A stretch of DNA of 64,000 nucleotides from Hypanus sabinus (taxonomy: Eukaryota): the NCBI RefSeq assembly GCF_030144855.1, contig NC_082715.1:135098001-135162000 (forward strand), read 5' to 3'. Positions within the stretch are counted from its first letter, which is position 1, and each line of letters begins with the position of its first letter. A program made the translations under genes and the position numbers. Below, one piece after another: positions 33,974 to 47,070 of the stretch. The notes beneath the pieces are model-generated. The model worked only from the letters and a program-made list of their open reading frames with translations. It ran no database searches and was not told the origin of the DNA.

Positions 33974-36621
33974 GGGGACATCACGTGATGACGTAGGATC
34001 GAGACGTGGAAATCCAGCTCTCCCGTAAAAAACCAGTAAAACAATGTTTAAGTGAAGAAAAGTTAGTAAATACTTTCTAAAAGTTATTTATAAACTACTC
34101 AGGATTGTCCCAAGATATGTCTCATAAACAGAAGCAGAAGAAAACTACTACCTTGAAGACAACACAAGTTGGAAAAGAATCAAGGCCGGCCGCAATGGAA
34201 GGGCCGCGGGCTCAAGTGCATTTTACCTCTGGCGATACACAACAGGAAACTGCGGCAACATCAACAGTCTCCAAAAAAAAAGAGCAAAAGGAATTGCGCA
34301 TGCGTGAAGGAAGGGGAATGCGCAAACACGAGCAACTTAAACTACAAATCCCAGCTACGATTGGAACTGAAAATGAAAGTGAATCTGAGGTAGATTTAGA
34401 TTCTTTGGATAAATCAGACGAAGATGAAGAGACAAAATAAAGAAGAACAACAGGAAGAGATTGGAGGTGAAAGTTTTTCTGGAGACATAAGAAAATCTTT
34501 GGTGCAAATAATGCATTAATGAAAAGCATTAAAAGTAATAAAAATATTAAAAATATGAAGACTATGATAAAATGATAAAAAGACAGGACAAAATGGACAA
34601 GAAAATTAAAAATGAAACAAGTGACATCATTGATGGAATGAATAAAATGGAAGATAATATTTCTGCCTGGACATCAGAAAGAAAACAGTTGTTGGAAAAA
34701 GTGGACATGCTTGAAAATTTTAGCAGACGAAATAATATTAAGATTGTTGGACTTAAAGAAGTTATAGAGGGAGAGGATCCAATAATTTTTTTTCAAAAAT
34801 GGATCCCGGAAAATTTGGAAATGGAAGAAGGAACCCAGTTAATTGAAATTGAAAGGGCTCACAGAACCTTAAGACCAAGACCTCAAGTTGATCAAAACCC
34901 ACAATCAATCTTGATAAAATGCTTAAGATAGCAAGATAAAGTAAAGATCCTGAAGGCGGCTGCCCAACATGCCAGAAAGAGAAACGGGCCATTGATGATA
35001 GAAGGGAAAGCAGTTCTTTTCTATCCTGATATAAGTTATGACCTTTTGAAGAGAAAGAATGAATTTAATCCAGAGAAAAAAGTTTTATGGGAAAAGGGTT
35101 ATAAATTTATATTGCGTCACCTGGCAATCCTGATAGTTTTTTTGGATGTCGGAAAAAGAAGATTTTTTACTGATTATCGGGATGGGGAAGGGTTTGCACA
35201 AAAACTGCCAAATATTTGCTAACCACAGCCTAAGATTTAAAAGTGAAGTGGATTAAAGATGAAGACAGGGACAGTGAATGGAGTTGATGGACATATAAGA
35301 ACAGAAGAATATTGAAATATATTAGTAATTATATGATACAGGGGGTAAAGGTTAAAATTTGAGAAATATTAATCGAGAGTAGCGATATTTTTTCTTTTCT
35401 TATATATACTTTTTTAAGTTACGGGGGAGCTGGGGGAACTTCGGATCGATTGCTACGGGAATCACGTGTGTAATCATGGCGATTGCCATGACCCGTACAC
35501 CGGAGGGGGGTAATGTGTTTTCTTTTATCCACAACATTAGTAGGGGGGTATTCTGTTACTTTTTTCTTTATAATCTATTTTTCTTTTATTTTTCTTTCTT
35601 TGCCTGGATGATCACATAGCAACATGGAGAATTTTAAAAAGATTCCCCAAGGTACTCTGAAAGTTGAAAGATTAGGTATTATTATAGATTGGAGTAACCC
35701 TGTTAAAAATAATGACTAATTTACTGAATTTTTAAAGTTTTAACGTTAATGGGCTTAATGGACCGGTGAAAAGAAAAAGAATTTTAACATACATTAAGAA
35801 AATGAAAATCAATATAGCTTTTTTACACAAAACAAACTTAACAGAGACAGAACATCAGACATTAAAGAGAGATTGGGTCGGAAATGTTATTGCAGCTTCA
35901 TTTAATTCAAAGGCGAGGGGAGTTGCAATTTTGGTTAATAAAACTTTACCAATTAAAATACAAAATGTATTAATTCATTCGGTGGGCAGATATGTAATTA
36001 TACATTGACAAATTTTTTCAGAACTATGGACTTATGAATATTTATGCACCAAATGAAAATGGTGTAAAACTTATATGAGGCCTTTTTGAATTTGGCTGAC
36101 GCACACGACAAAATATTAATAGGTGTCTAGACCCAGTTTTAGATAGATCAACAACAGTTGTTACAAAATCAAAAGTAGCAAAATTAACTTTTTGATGAAA
36201 GATTTAAATTTGATTGATATATGGAGAAGAATTAATCCAAAAGAAAGAGATAGTTGGAAGAATGAAATTTTCAGCTGCATTCCACTTGAAAAAATTGCTT
36301 ATAATTTAAGAGATAAATATGAAATATTTCCGAAAATTTGGCGCACTTATTTACAAAAGATAGGATTAAATATATAGATGCTCCGAAGATAAAATTACTG
36401 GTTATTTGGGGAAATAAATAAATATATATACTAAAGCTATTATGAACTCCATGGAGCATGTGGGGATCTTCCGATATCCAGTCATTCTTTCTTTCTTTTT
36501 TCTTTTCATTGTTTTCTCTTCTATAGGGATATGCTGCGGGGAGGGGGGAAGGGTTGATAATTTTTTTTTTCTTTTTGTAACCTATTTGAAAACTCAATAA
36601 AAAAAATTATTAAAAAAAAGT
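33974..36621 (+). mobile_element. L1-clade element with 5' UTR, ORF1, EN and 3' end (RT deleted), inserted in the ERV leader
   Basis: LENFSRRNNIKIVGL, IEIERAHR, FYPDIS; SFNVNGLNGPVKRK; A-rich tail. TSD AAGTGG(C/T)CACAA at 33962-33973 and 36622-36633. Confidence 0.88.
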
Positions 36622-37499
36622 AAGTGGTCACAATATGAAGGGTTTGTCAGTCACCCTGGCTGCGAAGGGAAACCTACAGGGTATACCCTTTGGAAAATCG
36701 CCCAAGAGAAGCTGCCGGAATTGTTTAAACAATTACTAAAACTAGTTACAGTTGGTTATTTAATTGAGGATTTGCTACAATTACCACAGAGTGCTAAGGC
36801 AGAATGACACAGATTAGTAATAGAAAACAAATGTCAGCATAAAGCAAGTGAGATAGGTTACAACTAGAAATATTAGAAAATCGGCATAAAGCAGAAGCTG
36901 ACTAAGGTAGGTTAAATGGAGAATACAAAAGGAGGTAGAAAGCTTGAGAGAAAGGGTTACTGATTTACAGGGTCGAAGGAGTATGGGCTTGATGCTTGTG
37001 AACCAGTTTCAGAGAAAGCAGCCAAGATAGCAAAAAGTGAAGTGGAAGGATTAAGGAAACAGTGCAGTGATTTAAAGATGGCAATGCATATGATTCAGGA
37101 ATCAGCACAGGAAAGGAAGAATAACACTGGCGATCATGCAAAGTGTTTAAAGCAGATGCAAAAGCTGCAGGACCAACTTGCTGCACAGCGAGGAATAATA
37201 TGTGCTTTTGGATATGAAAGAGGGGAGGAAGGTGAATTTGGAGATATTGATTGGTATGATTTTGCAGATGAAGCTACTAGGTGACGGTTTTGATAATTAG
37301 GGATTTTTAAATTATGCTGAGGAACTATGACTGAAACCCTGGCAATGGCAACACTTTACATCAGTGAGATTGGGAGGGAGAAGGAACAACAGATTATGGA
37401 TTTAACCAAGGAGCAGAAGAAAAATAAAGATTTCAAAAAATGAATAGAAGGAGCAGGGTCTGAAATATACAAAGACAACAAGGGAGTGTTTGTTAAAGA

Positions 37500-38489
37500 T
37501 GAAGTAGTCCTGTATCATCAATGGGGACACCAGGGGTACAAAAGCACTCTGGAAAAGATAAAGGAAGTGTGCTGGTAGCCTAAGATGAAGGATGTCAAGA
37601 AATGCTTGATCTCTGCACCATATAAACCAGACAGAAAGGTAAAGAAAGGAGCCCTACAACACACCAGACCAGTGGAAGGGTCTTGGACTAATTTGCAGAT
37701 AGATTAATGTTGGTTCATTACTCTCCACCCCAGGAGGGTACAAATACATTCTGGTAATAGTAGAGACCTTTACGGAGTGGGTGGAAGGTTTCCTAGCTAG
37801 GACAAGCACAACAAAGGCCTTTGTAAAAATCCTATTGGAAAGATATTCACTTGCTGGGGATCAAGGCAGACATTTCACAGCCCAGATAATGCAAGATGTC
37901 ATGGCAGTTTAATGGATCAAGCAGAGATTTCATACACCCTGTAGACCACAGTCTAGTGGAATTGTGAAAAGAATGAATTGAACACTAAAAAATATGTTGC
38001 AAAAATGGTGCAGAAACATGGCAGGCAGTTTTGATAATAAGGAATAGAGAGCCATCTTCAACAGTTTACACCCCTTATAAGCACGTGACTAGAACGGACG
38101 TGAAAGGATTGGAGGAGTTGTTAGGATTAGATGTCAGAATGTGAAATTGATGGGATTGTGTTGGAAAAGTGGCTACAACAATTGGTAGAGACAGTGAAAG
38201 AGGCCAATTATGTGGCAGCCCACCAATTAGAAAAATGAAGAATCAACAAAGTGAAGCCTACTGTGACTCAAAAGTCAGTCTCATAGAATTAAGTCCAGGA
38301 TGGAGAGTGATGATTCAAATACATCAACCCACCTCATTTTTAAATCCAAAGTTTGCAGGGATCTATGAAGTTATAGACAAATCAAGTCCTTCAGTGTACA
38401 AAGTACTGACTCTTCCATATAAAAGTGGGTGGTACCATGTCAACCAACTGAAATTGCTGGGGGAGAAACAGGAATGTTATCACCATTGA
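37500..38489 (+). pseudogene. retroviral integrase remnant
   Basis: GHQG, GSWTNLQID, GYKYILVIVETFTEWVEGF, DQGRHFT, RPQSSGIV, and C-terminal LNPKFAGIYEV. Confidence 0.88.
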
Positions 38490-38822
38490 CACAGAACAAT
38501 TGATGTAGCCCTGATTTGGGAGTCTTGAGGATGAAACAACTTTTCCAAGTAAATGGGGACAGATCCCAGCAAGGGGTAATTTTCAGTTTCCTCATCCTGA
38601 GAACTGGGGATTTTTGTCAAAAAAAAAGGAAAAGGAAAATGTGCTAGTGCTTATCTCTCCTATCCTGAAATCACGTTGGGTGCCTTCAGTCCAAAGACAA
38701 TTGCGAGTCCAGATTGGATGGTCTAGAAAAACAAATCGAAAATATAGACTTAAAATAACTTAAGATTTAAACTTGAAATAAGAACAGTAATTACTGTTGT
38801 GTAATACAGATTTAATTCAACA

Positions 38823-41800
38823 TGGAGAGAATAATGTATCTTGTTGCAATGGAATTAACCCTGACTGGGGCCATGGTCAGTCTTGCTTCAGAGCTATTAC
38901 ACAAACATATCAATGGTGAGGTCATTGCTTGGAGAACACTCAGTGAACAAAAACAAATCTACTCAATGGAATTGGGTAATGTGGACTAACAAAGGAGAAA
39001 TGGAGGACTCCAATTTGTATTGTACTGGGGTAGATGGCTTGACAAAAGGTACAAAGCTACAATTCCTATGCAATAAAATTCTAGAGGTGGCATTATTCAG
39101 TATCCCAGAGGGGATAATCATACGCCGGTCTTTAGGTGCAATTACTCAGTAGCCTTCAGGTAATGATGGCCACAGTAAGATTACAGTTCTGTGGGATCAC
39201 ACTCAAGTGAATATTGAGTGTAGTAGTGATCTATACAAGAGGTATGTCGACTGGGCTGGCCATTCCAAGCATTTCGCAAAGGTTGCTTCTATCGTTATAA
39301 ACTGTCCACAGGAGAGTAGAATGGAGAATGCCCTAAAGGAGATGGGAAAGAGTTGCTGTCAGGGCCCAAGCCCTTTCCAGGTTTTTAAAACTTTGAAAAA
39401 TCTCTACCCCACAGCCTCTAGTGACGGAAACTACACCAGAGCCTAAATGTAGTGGTAACCAGTGTAATACGAACGGGATAAGATTAGTGTTAGAAGATAT
39501 GTGGAATTTGTCATTTCGGTACCAGGGTACCAGCATGTGCAGGTAAGTTTTAATCTCACTGAAGTAATGGTGCTCACCTACAATGGAGCAATAATTTACT
39601 CACCTTTTTGGAAGGTAACTAAGCAGTAGTGAATTTAAGTCCGTCAAAAGTAGAAGGGGTAGCAAGAGTCACCACCCTAGACATAGCAGAATTAGAAAGC
39701 CAGGTACAGTCTCTCCAGCAGAAAATACGAGATATTACTAGAGAAAATTATAAAGGTCAGCTACAAACTAATCAGATTGGTCGAGATGCATCCCAAGTAA
39801 CTCTGGATATGGTTAAATTTCTGAAGCCCCTTGTGACGGACATGGACTGTGCCTTTAAAAGAGAGAGCGAGAAACTGACTACTGCTGCCTGCTTCTAGGT
39901 TGCTATGGTGAAAGAAGTGGAGTTATATGATAGACAATTGATGTTTCCAGATGCTTTGCAGCGTGTTTATTTAAGGAAGATCAGATGACTCTCTTGCTGA
40001 GAGACACAGAGTGGAACACCAGTTAAGGCGGCCAGTCAAAAAAACAGGAAGCCAAGGACAGAAAAGTCACTGGGTAAAACTTTTGAGTGCCCACAAGGGT
40101 GGGTTGAGGATCGACCAGGGAAATCGTTCAGTGTCCATCATGGTGTGTAGAAGGGCTGACCCTGTGGAGGCTACCGGTGTGTTTACCCATGCTTGGGTGG
40201 TAGTTTTCCATCAAAGGCAGTACCCTTTGTGATCAGCTACGTTTGGTTAACTCGAGAGTGGATTTGGAGTTTGACGAGGGAAGACCAACCTGATTATTCA
40301 TTCTTCTCCTATTGAGGATTTCACCTTGGCTGACAGATACCTCTCTCTTCCCCCCCTCCCCCAAACCAACTCTGCATTGAACTGAACTTTCTTACATTAC
40401 CATCATAAGACTTTAAATCTTGCCACTGGAGCTTGAACGACTTTGGAAATCGTATTTACACACATGTATATGCATAACACTGCTATCTTTTGATTTACCT
40501 GGTTTAAGTTACTAAATTAAGTAGTTTCTAATAAATAGTGGTTTTTAGCATCAAAACCAGACTCCAGGTGTAGTCTATTGCTGCTGGTTCTTTTAAACCA
40601 TTGCATGCATGTAACAAATTTGGGGGCTTATTGATTGATCCATAATCTGAGTAGAAGATCGCAGCAATGGAGGTTGATAGGTTTCTGGCAAAGCCAGCCC
40701 CTGAAGCATTGGATGACGCTAAGAGGGCTGGGCTGTTGGAAATTGCTCAAAAGTTAAAACTTAAGGGGAACACTAAAATGAGGAAGGCTCAGATTTAGAC
40801 GTTAATAGTGGAGTATTATGTATCCAAGAAAGTGTTTGAGGAAGATGTGTTGGACATGTTTGCTGAAAGTAAATCTACTGAGGTTGAGATTCAGCTTCAG
40901 GTAGAAAAAATCAAGATGGCAGCTGAGGATAGGCAAAGATGGCATGAGTGCAATTAAAACAGCTCAAGGCAGTGGAAGCAGATAAAAAGAGGCAGTTGGA
41001 AAAGATAGGGATTGCAGCAAGGAGATCTACTGTTAGACCCTGGTGATTGGTTTAGTGCCAGTCGAGAAGTTGAAGTTGGTACCTCCGTTTGAAGAAACAG
41101 AAGTTGATAAATATTTCCTGCATTTTGAATAAATTTCTCAAAATCGAAAGTGACGGAAAGACGACTGGCCTGTTTTGTTACAAATTGTATTTAAGGGTAA
41201 AGCACAACAAACTTATTCAGCCCTATCACTTGAAGAGACAGGTGATTACGAATTAGTGAAAGAGGCTGTGCTCAAGACTTATCAGTTGGTTCTGGAAGCT
41301 TGCAGATAAAGGTTTAGGAATTTGAGGAAATCTGTGAACCGGACTTAAGTGGAATTTGCTTATGAGAAGTTTGTGTATTTTGATCGCAGGTGCACTTCTA
41401 AAAATGTAAATGATGATTTTAACAGCTTGAAAGAGTTGGTTTTGATTCAGGTTTTCAAAACCTGATGAGGTAAAGACAAATTTAGTTGAAAAGGATGCTA
41501 CCTCTTCGCATGCATCTGCTAGACTAGCTGATGAGTATGCTTTAACCCACAAGGTTAAGTTTACCCCAAATAAAGCTTCCAAAAGAGTAGCAGGGATAAC
41601 CCACAGGGTAAGCAAGAAATTAAATCGGGGACTAGTGACAGAAATAAGGACGATGGGAAGCAGTTGAGGGAGAAATCTTCCAGTCTTACTTGGTACTATT
41701 TTAAGAAACTGGGTCATATGATGACTAATTGTTCCATTCTGAAGAAGAGAAAGGAAAAGGAAAAGAAGGCAGTCCTGAATGCCTGTGTTCAGTGTGCTGA

Positions 41801-44800
41801 GGCACTGCTAAGGTTGGAGGGTCTGACCGAATTAAGGAGGGATTCGAATGGTTTCATATCAGATGGGTTTGTGTCCATAAAGGAGGGGTCAACCCCAGTC
41901 CCAGTGAGGATCTTTTGAGATACTGGAGCTTGTCAGCCCCTTATATTGGACAGTGTTCTGGAGTTTGGTGATGAGACAAAAACTGGTGAAGTCAATATTG
42001 TTAGAGGTATTGGGAAAGGGACTGGTTCCGTGCCTCTGCATAAGGTGATTTTGGAGTCCGGATTAGTATCAGGACATGTTAAGATAGGGATAGAACCTGA
42101 ATTACTGCTGAAGAATGGTTCTTTGTTGTTGGGCCATGACCTTGCAGGTGGTGAAGATTATCCAGCAGTGCAGCTAGCAAGCAAACCTGCCACTGATGAT
42201 CCATATGTGGATTCTGATGTTTATCCCCCCTGTGCAGTAACCCGAAGTATGACTAAAAGGTCTGCCGACACAGACAGTTCTGGGCAATTTGATTCTGATG
42301 CCCATGATAGCCAAAATCAGGGTTCAGGTTATGATGATTGACTTTTCAACACCTTTTCTACCCTCTATTTTTCAACAGGATGTAGGTAGTAAGTCTGATG
42401 AGAAAGGTTTGTCTGGGAAGGAGGTTATAGCAGAACTGAATCAATATTTTGAGACTGAAGCTTTCAAAGAAACAGCTCTCTCAGATTATGAGATTAAGAA
42501 AGTGCCAGTAGGGTATTATAGCAAGGATGGAGTATTGATCAGGAAGTGGAGGCCACCTACTGTACCTGTGAGCGAGGAATGGGTAATTGTTCTCCAAGTT
42601 GTAGTTCCTAAAGTCGATATAGGACTGAGATTTTAACTTCGGCTCATAATATGCCTTCAGGTGGACACTTCGGAGTGAAGAAGACTGTGAACAAGATTAT
42701 GAAGGCATTTTGCTGTCTAATTTAAGGGAAGATCTTGTGACCTTTTGCAGGACCTGTCGCACTTGTCAAGTTGTCGATAAACCTAACCAGGCCATCCCAG
42801 TGGTCCCACTTCAGCCTATACCCACTTTTGGAGCAACTTTTTCCACAATCCTAGTGGATTGTGTTGGCCCAGTGCCAAAGACTGCAGCTGGCCATCAGTA
42901 TTTGTGAAGCATTGTGTGCACTGCATCTAGGATCCTTGTAGTGATCCCTCTCAGGAATATTAAGGCTAAAACTGTGGTCAAAACCTTCATTAGGTTTTTT
43001 TATCTTGTTTGGTCTGCCCAGAGAGATTCAATCCGACCAGGGCAGTAATTTTACCTCAGGAATATTCCAGCAGATAGTTTATGAAGTGGGAGCTAAACAA
43101 ATTACATCGTCTGCATATCACCTGGAATCCCAGTGAAATTTAGAAAGATTTCATTCTACCCTTAAAACAATGACTAAGACATACTGTATTGAGAATAGGA
43201 AAGATTGGGATGAGGGGGTACATTTGCTCCTGTTTGCTGTAAGGGACTCAGTGCAGGTGTTGTTAGGGTTTAATCCATTTCAACTCGTGTTTGGTCACCG
43301 AGCGAGAGGACCTTTGACCTTGCTCAGTGAACACTGGTCTGATGAGAAGATGCATGTCAGCTTGTTATGTTTTGGAATTCAAGGGTAGACTCAACAGGGT
43401 ATGTAATCTTGCAAAACAGAACCTACAAAGTTGTCAAAATAAAATGAAGATCTGGTATGGTAAACGAGCTCGAGAGCAGACATACCACGTGGGTGACAAA
43501 GTGCTGGTGCTGTTTCCAATATTGACCAATCCGCTTCAAGCAAAGTTTAGTGGGCCATACCAAATAATTTCTAAAATCGATTCTTTAAATTATGTTATTA
43601 AAACAATCGACTGTAGAAAGCCCAGTCAATATGATAAAACGTTATTATGACTCAGAAATGGCATCTGTGAGTATTGTTGTGAGAACACATGAAACTGGAG
43701 AGCCTGAGGAAGGGGTGATTGACATGTTAGAAAACTTTATCAAGCCAAACATAGTCTCAGTGTGGCTCATGAATTCCACTAACCTGGAAAACATTGACAC
43801 CAAATTAAGCCATCCGCAGCCATGGCAGCAAAAACAATTGAAAAGTTGCTTCTTGAGTATGTGGATTTATTTCCCATTGTGCCCAAGCAAACCACTACTG
43901 CTGCTGTGCATGATGTTTATGTATGTCAGGCTGACCCAATTAAGCAGCACCCCTACCGGATGAATTTAGAAAAGAGTAAATTGGCTGAGCAAGAGATTGA
44001 ACACATGCTGAAAAATGGTATTGTTAGTCCGTCAACATCTGATTGGGTCTCACCTTGTGTTATTGTCCCCAAGCCTGACGGTAGTGTGAGATTTTGTACT
44101 GATTATAGGAAAGTAAATAGAGTGACAAAGACAGATGCTTATCCTATCCCTCGGGTGGATGATTGTATTGATAAGGTTGGAAAGGCTACATTCCTTATGA
44201 TGATTGACCTGTTAAAAGCGTACCGGTGTGTTCTGTTGACAGAAAGAGCCAGAGAAATCTCTGCGTTTGTAACACCTTTTGGACTGTATGAGTATAATGT
44301 TTTACCCTTTGGAATGAAAAATGCTGCTGAAACATTCCAAACAATAATTAATTCTGTGATTTGAGGTTTAGAAAATACAGATGCCTACATTGATAATTTA
44401 GATGTAGGGAGTGACACGTGGAAAGGACATATCTTGGCAGTAGAAAAACTATTTGACAGGCTCTCCAAGGCCCACCTTACTGTCAACCTAGCTAAGAGTG
44501 AATTTGGCCATGCTGCTGTTACATGTCTTGGCTATGTAGTAGGTCAAGGCCAATTGGCTCCGGTTCAGTCAAATGCTGAGGTTCCTATTCCAATAGGTAA
44601 AAAGGCTTTAAGAAGGTTTTTGGGAATGGTTGGACACTATCGTAAGTTTTGTAAAAACTGTTCTGATCTCGCTCTTCCCCTAACTAATCTACTTAAGAAG
44701 GGTGAAAAATTGGTGTGGACTGAACCTTGTTAGGAGGCGTTTGATCAATTAAATACTATTCTACAAACGTATGTTATCAACCTGTGCTCAGAGCACATGA

Positions 44801-47070
44801 TTTTACAAAGCCATTTTCTATAGCTGTGGACGCCAGTGACGAAGCTGCTGGAGCAGTGTTGTTACAAAAGAATGATGATGATGATGTTGAACATCCAGTA
44901 GCTTACTTTTCATGGAAATTTAATGAACATCAGAAGAATTATTCCACTATCGAGAAAGCATTGTTGTCACTCATTTTGGCCTTGCAACATTTTAATGTCT
45001 ACGTTTGTCCCGCACAGAAACTATTTGTGGTTTACACTGATCATAATCCATTAGTGCTTCTGAGTAAGATAAAGGACAAGAATAGAAGGTTGTTGAACTG
45101 GTGTCTGATTTTGCAGGAATATGACATGGTAATAAATCATGTAAAAGGTACCGATAACATTATCGCAGATTGTTTATCCGCGTGTTAAGTTAAAGTATGT
45201 ATACGCTTCTGGAATGTGTTACCTGATAGTTACATATGTATTGCTTCACATTCTATAAACTACAGTTATAAATCTTGCTCCTTGATCAAAATGTTCCCTT
45301 TTGGAGTGAGGTGTGATGGACATGGACTGTGCCTTTAAAAGAGAGAGAGAAAAACTGACTGCAGTACTGCTGCCTGCTTCTGGATTGCTATTTTGAGAGA
45401 AGTGGAGTTATATGATGGACAATTGATGTTTACAGATGTTTTGCAGCGTGTTTATTTAAGCAAGGTCAGATGACTCTCTTGCAGAGAGACACAGAATGGA
45501 ACACTGGTTCAGGCGGCCAGTCACAAAAAAGGAAGCCAAGGACAGAAAAGTAATTGGGTGAAACTTTCGAGTGTCCACAAGGGTGGGTTGAGGATCGATC
45601 AGTGTCTATCACGGTGTGTAGAAGGGCTGACCCTGTGAAGGCTGCCAGTGTGTTTACCCTTGCCTGGGTGGTAGCTTTCTCTCGAAGACGGTACTGTTTG
45701 TGATAAGCTACGTTTGGTTAACTCGAGAGTGGATTCGGAGTCCAATTATGGAAATCCAACAGCACCTGTTTATTCGTTCTTCTCCTATTGTGTATTTCTC
45801 CTTCGATTACAGATACCTCTCTCTTTCCCACCCCCCGCACCCAACGACTCCGTGCATTGAACTGAACTTTCTTACATTACCATCATAAGACTTTATGCTA
45901 TATTAAGTAGTGACTAATAAATAGAGGATTTTAGCATCAAAGCCAGACTCCAGGTGTATTCTATTGCTGCCGGTTCTTTTAAACCATTTTGTGTACATAA
46001 CACCCTTCAAGATACAACCAATCTGATTAGTGACCACATAGACGTAAATGTCTAAGGAAATGCATAAAACTGAGATATGTGTTACATATACTAGTTGGTT
46101 GCTACCATGATTGGATCTAATTTATTACAAATTGATGCACATGAAGTACCAAAATGGGTATCCGATGAGCAACTTGAAGAATGGGTTGTAGAAAGGGCAC
46201 AATTGTGTCATACTGGAAGCCTCACAATACCCAACAGGGTACTGGGTACCTGCGATGATGGTAAAGGAAGGTTTTATGTCAGTACAGTATTCCACATTCC
46301 CCAACATGGAATTAACTCAACCTACCATTGAAAAGGGTTCACAATGTTAGTAACTATGAGAATACATGGATATCCTCAAGTAACCCACGAACACATGCTA
46401 TTGTTATGAATGGCACTGGGAAGGAGACAGAATTATCAAGAGACCATTAGTCCTGTCCAGAAAAAATGACAAAGCAGAAACTTACAAATTGTGGTCTCAG
46501 TACTTAAGAAAATTGTTCATTGTCTACTTTGCCTGTGAATAATCAGTCTGTCTTACAATTTGCATTGGTGGGACAGACATTATATAGCAACAGTAGACGC
46601 AAGTTATACAAAGTGATGGAAGCATGCCCTTTGGAAAGTCTGAATGTTGCCATTGGGAATGCAGCATTGGATCTGGCCATTGGAGGACCAACTTTGTCAC
46701 AGCCAGCAGGAGATAGTAATGAAGGAGAACTTCAAGATCCAATGCTCTGATGCAGATCAATATCTGTGAGACTAAGTTATTACTGAATTGCCACCAATTC
46801 CTCACTTCAGTGCAGACTGGACAAGTGTTGTGGAGGGGTCAAGGGAGATGATCCATCAATGAACTAAACACACTAAAGTAATTAAAACACATGCTGGTAA
46901 GGCAAAAGAAATATTGTGTGACCCAGGCATTTGGAGTAACTTTTGGAACTGGGGAACAAATGTTCAAATACATCCGTGGGTGAGAATAGTATTGCATGTT
47001 GCTGTAATACAAATTGTATGTACACTGATTATTGTAATTCTTAATGAATATCAGCTGAGAAGGTGAAGGC
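38823..47070 (+). pseudogene. env remnant, class I fusion / F-like, split by a gypsy insertion
   Basis: Hydrophobic leader MERIMYLVAMELTLTGAMVSL. Heptad TLDIAELESQVQSLQQKI. The frame rejoins across the TSD (FLKPL|QDTTNLISDH). Then SNLLQIDAHEVPKWVSDEQL, a Cys-rich segment, and WSNFWNWGTNVQIHPWVRIVLHVAVIQIVCTLIIVIL (membrane-proximal + TM). Confidence 0.75.
39832..46002 (+). mobile_element. full-length Gmr1-like Ty3/gypsy element (gag-PR-IN-RT-RH), degraded
   Basis: LTRs 39832-40616 and 45312-46002 (TGTGA..TAACA); 4-bp TSD CCCT; PBS TGGGGGCT (tRNA-Pro-like) at 40621. PR DTGA ~41920, IN (CRTC, VDCVGP) 42640-43600, RT (FCTDYRKVN, PFGMKNA) 43900-44700, RH (DASD, YSTIEK) 44784-45188. Confidence 0.93.
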
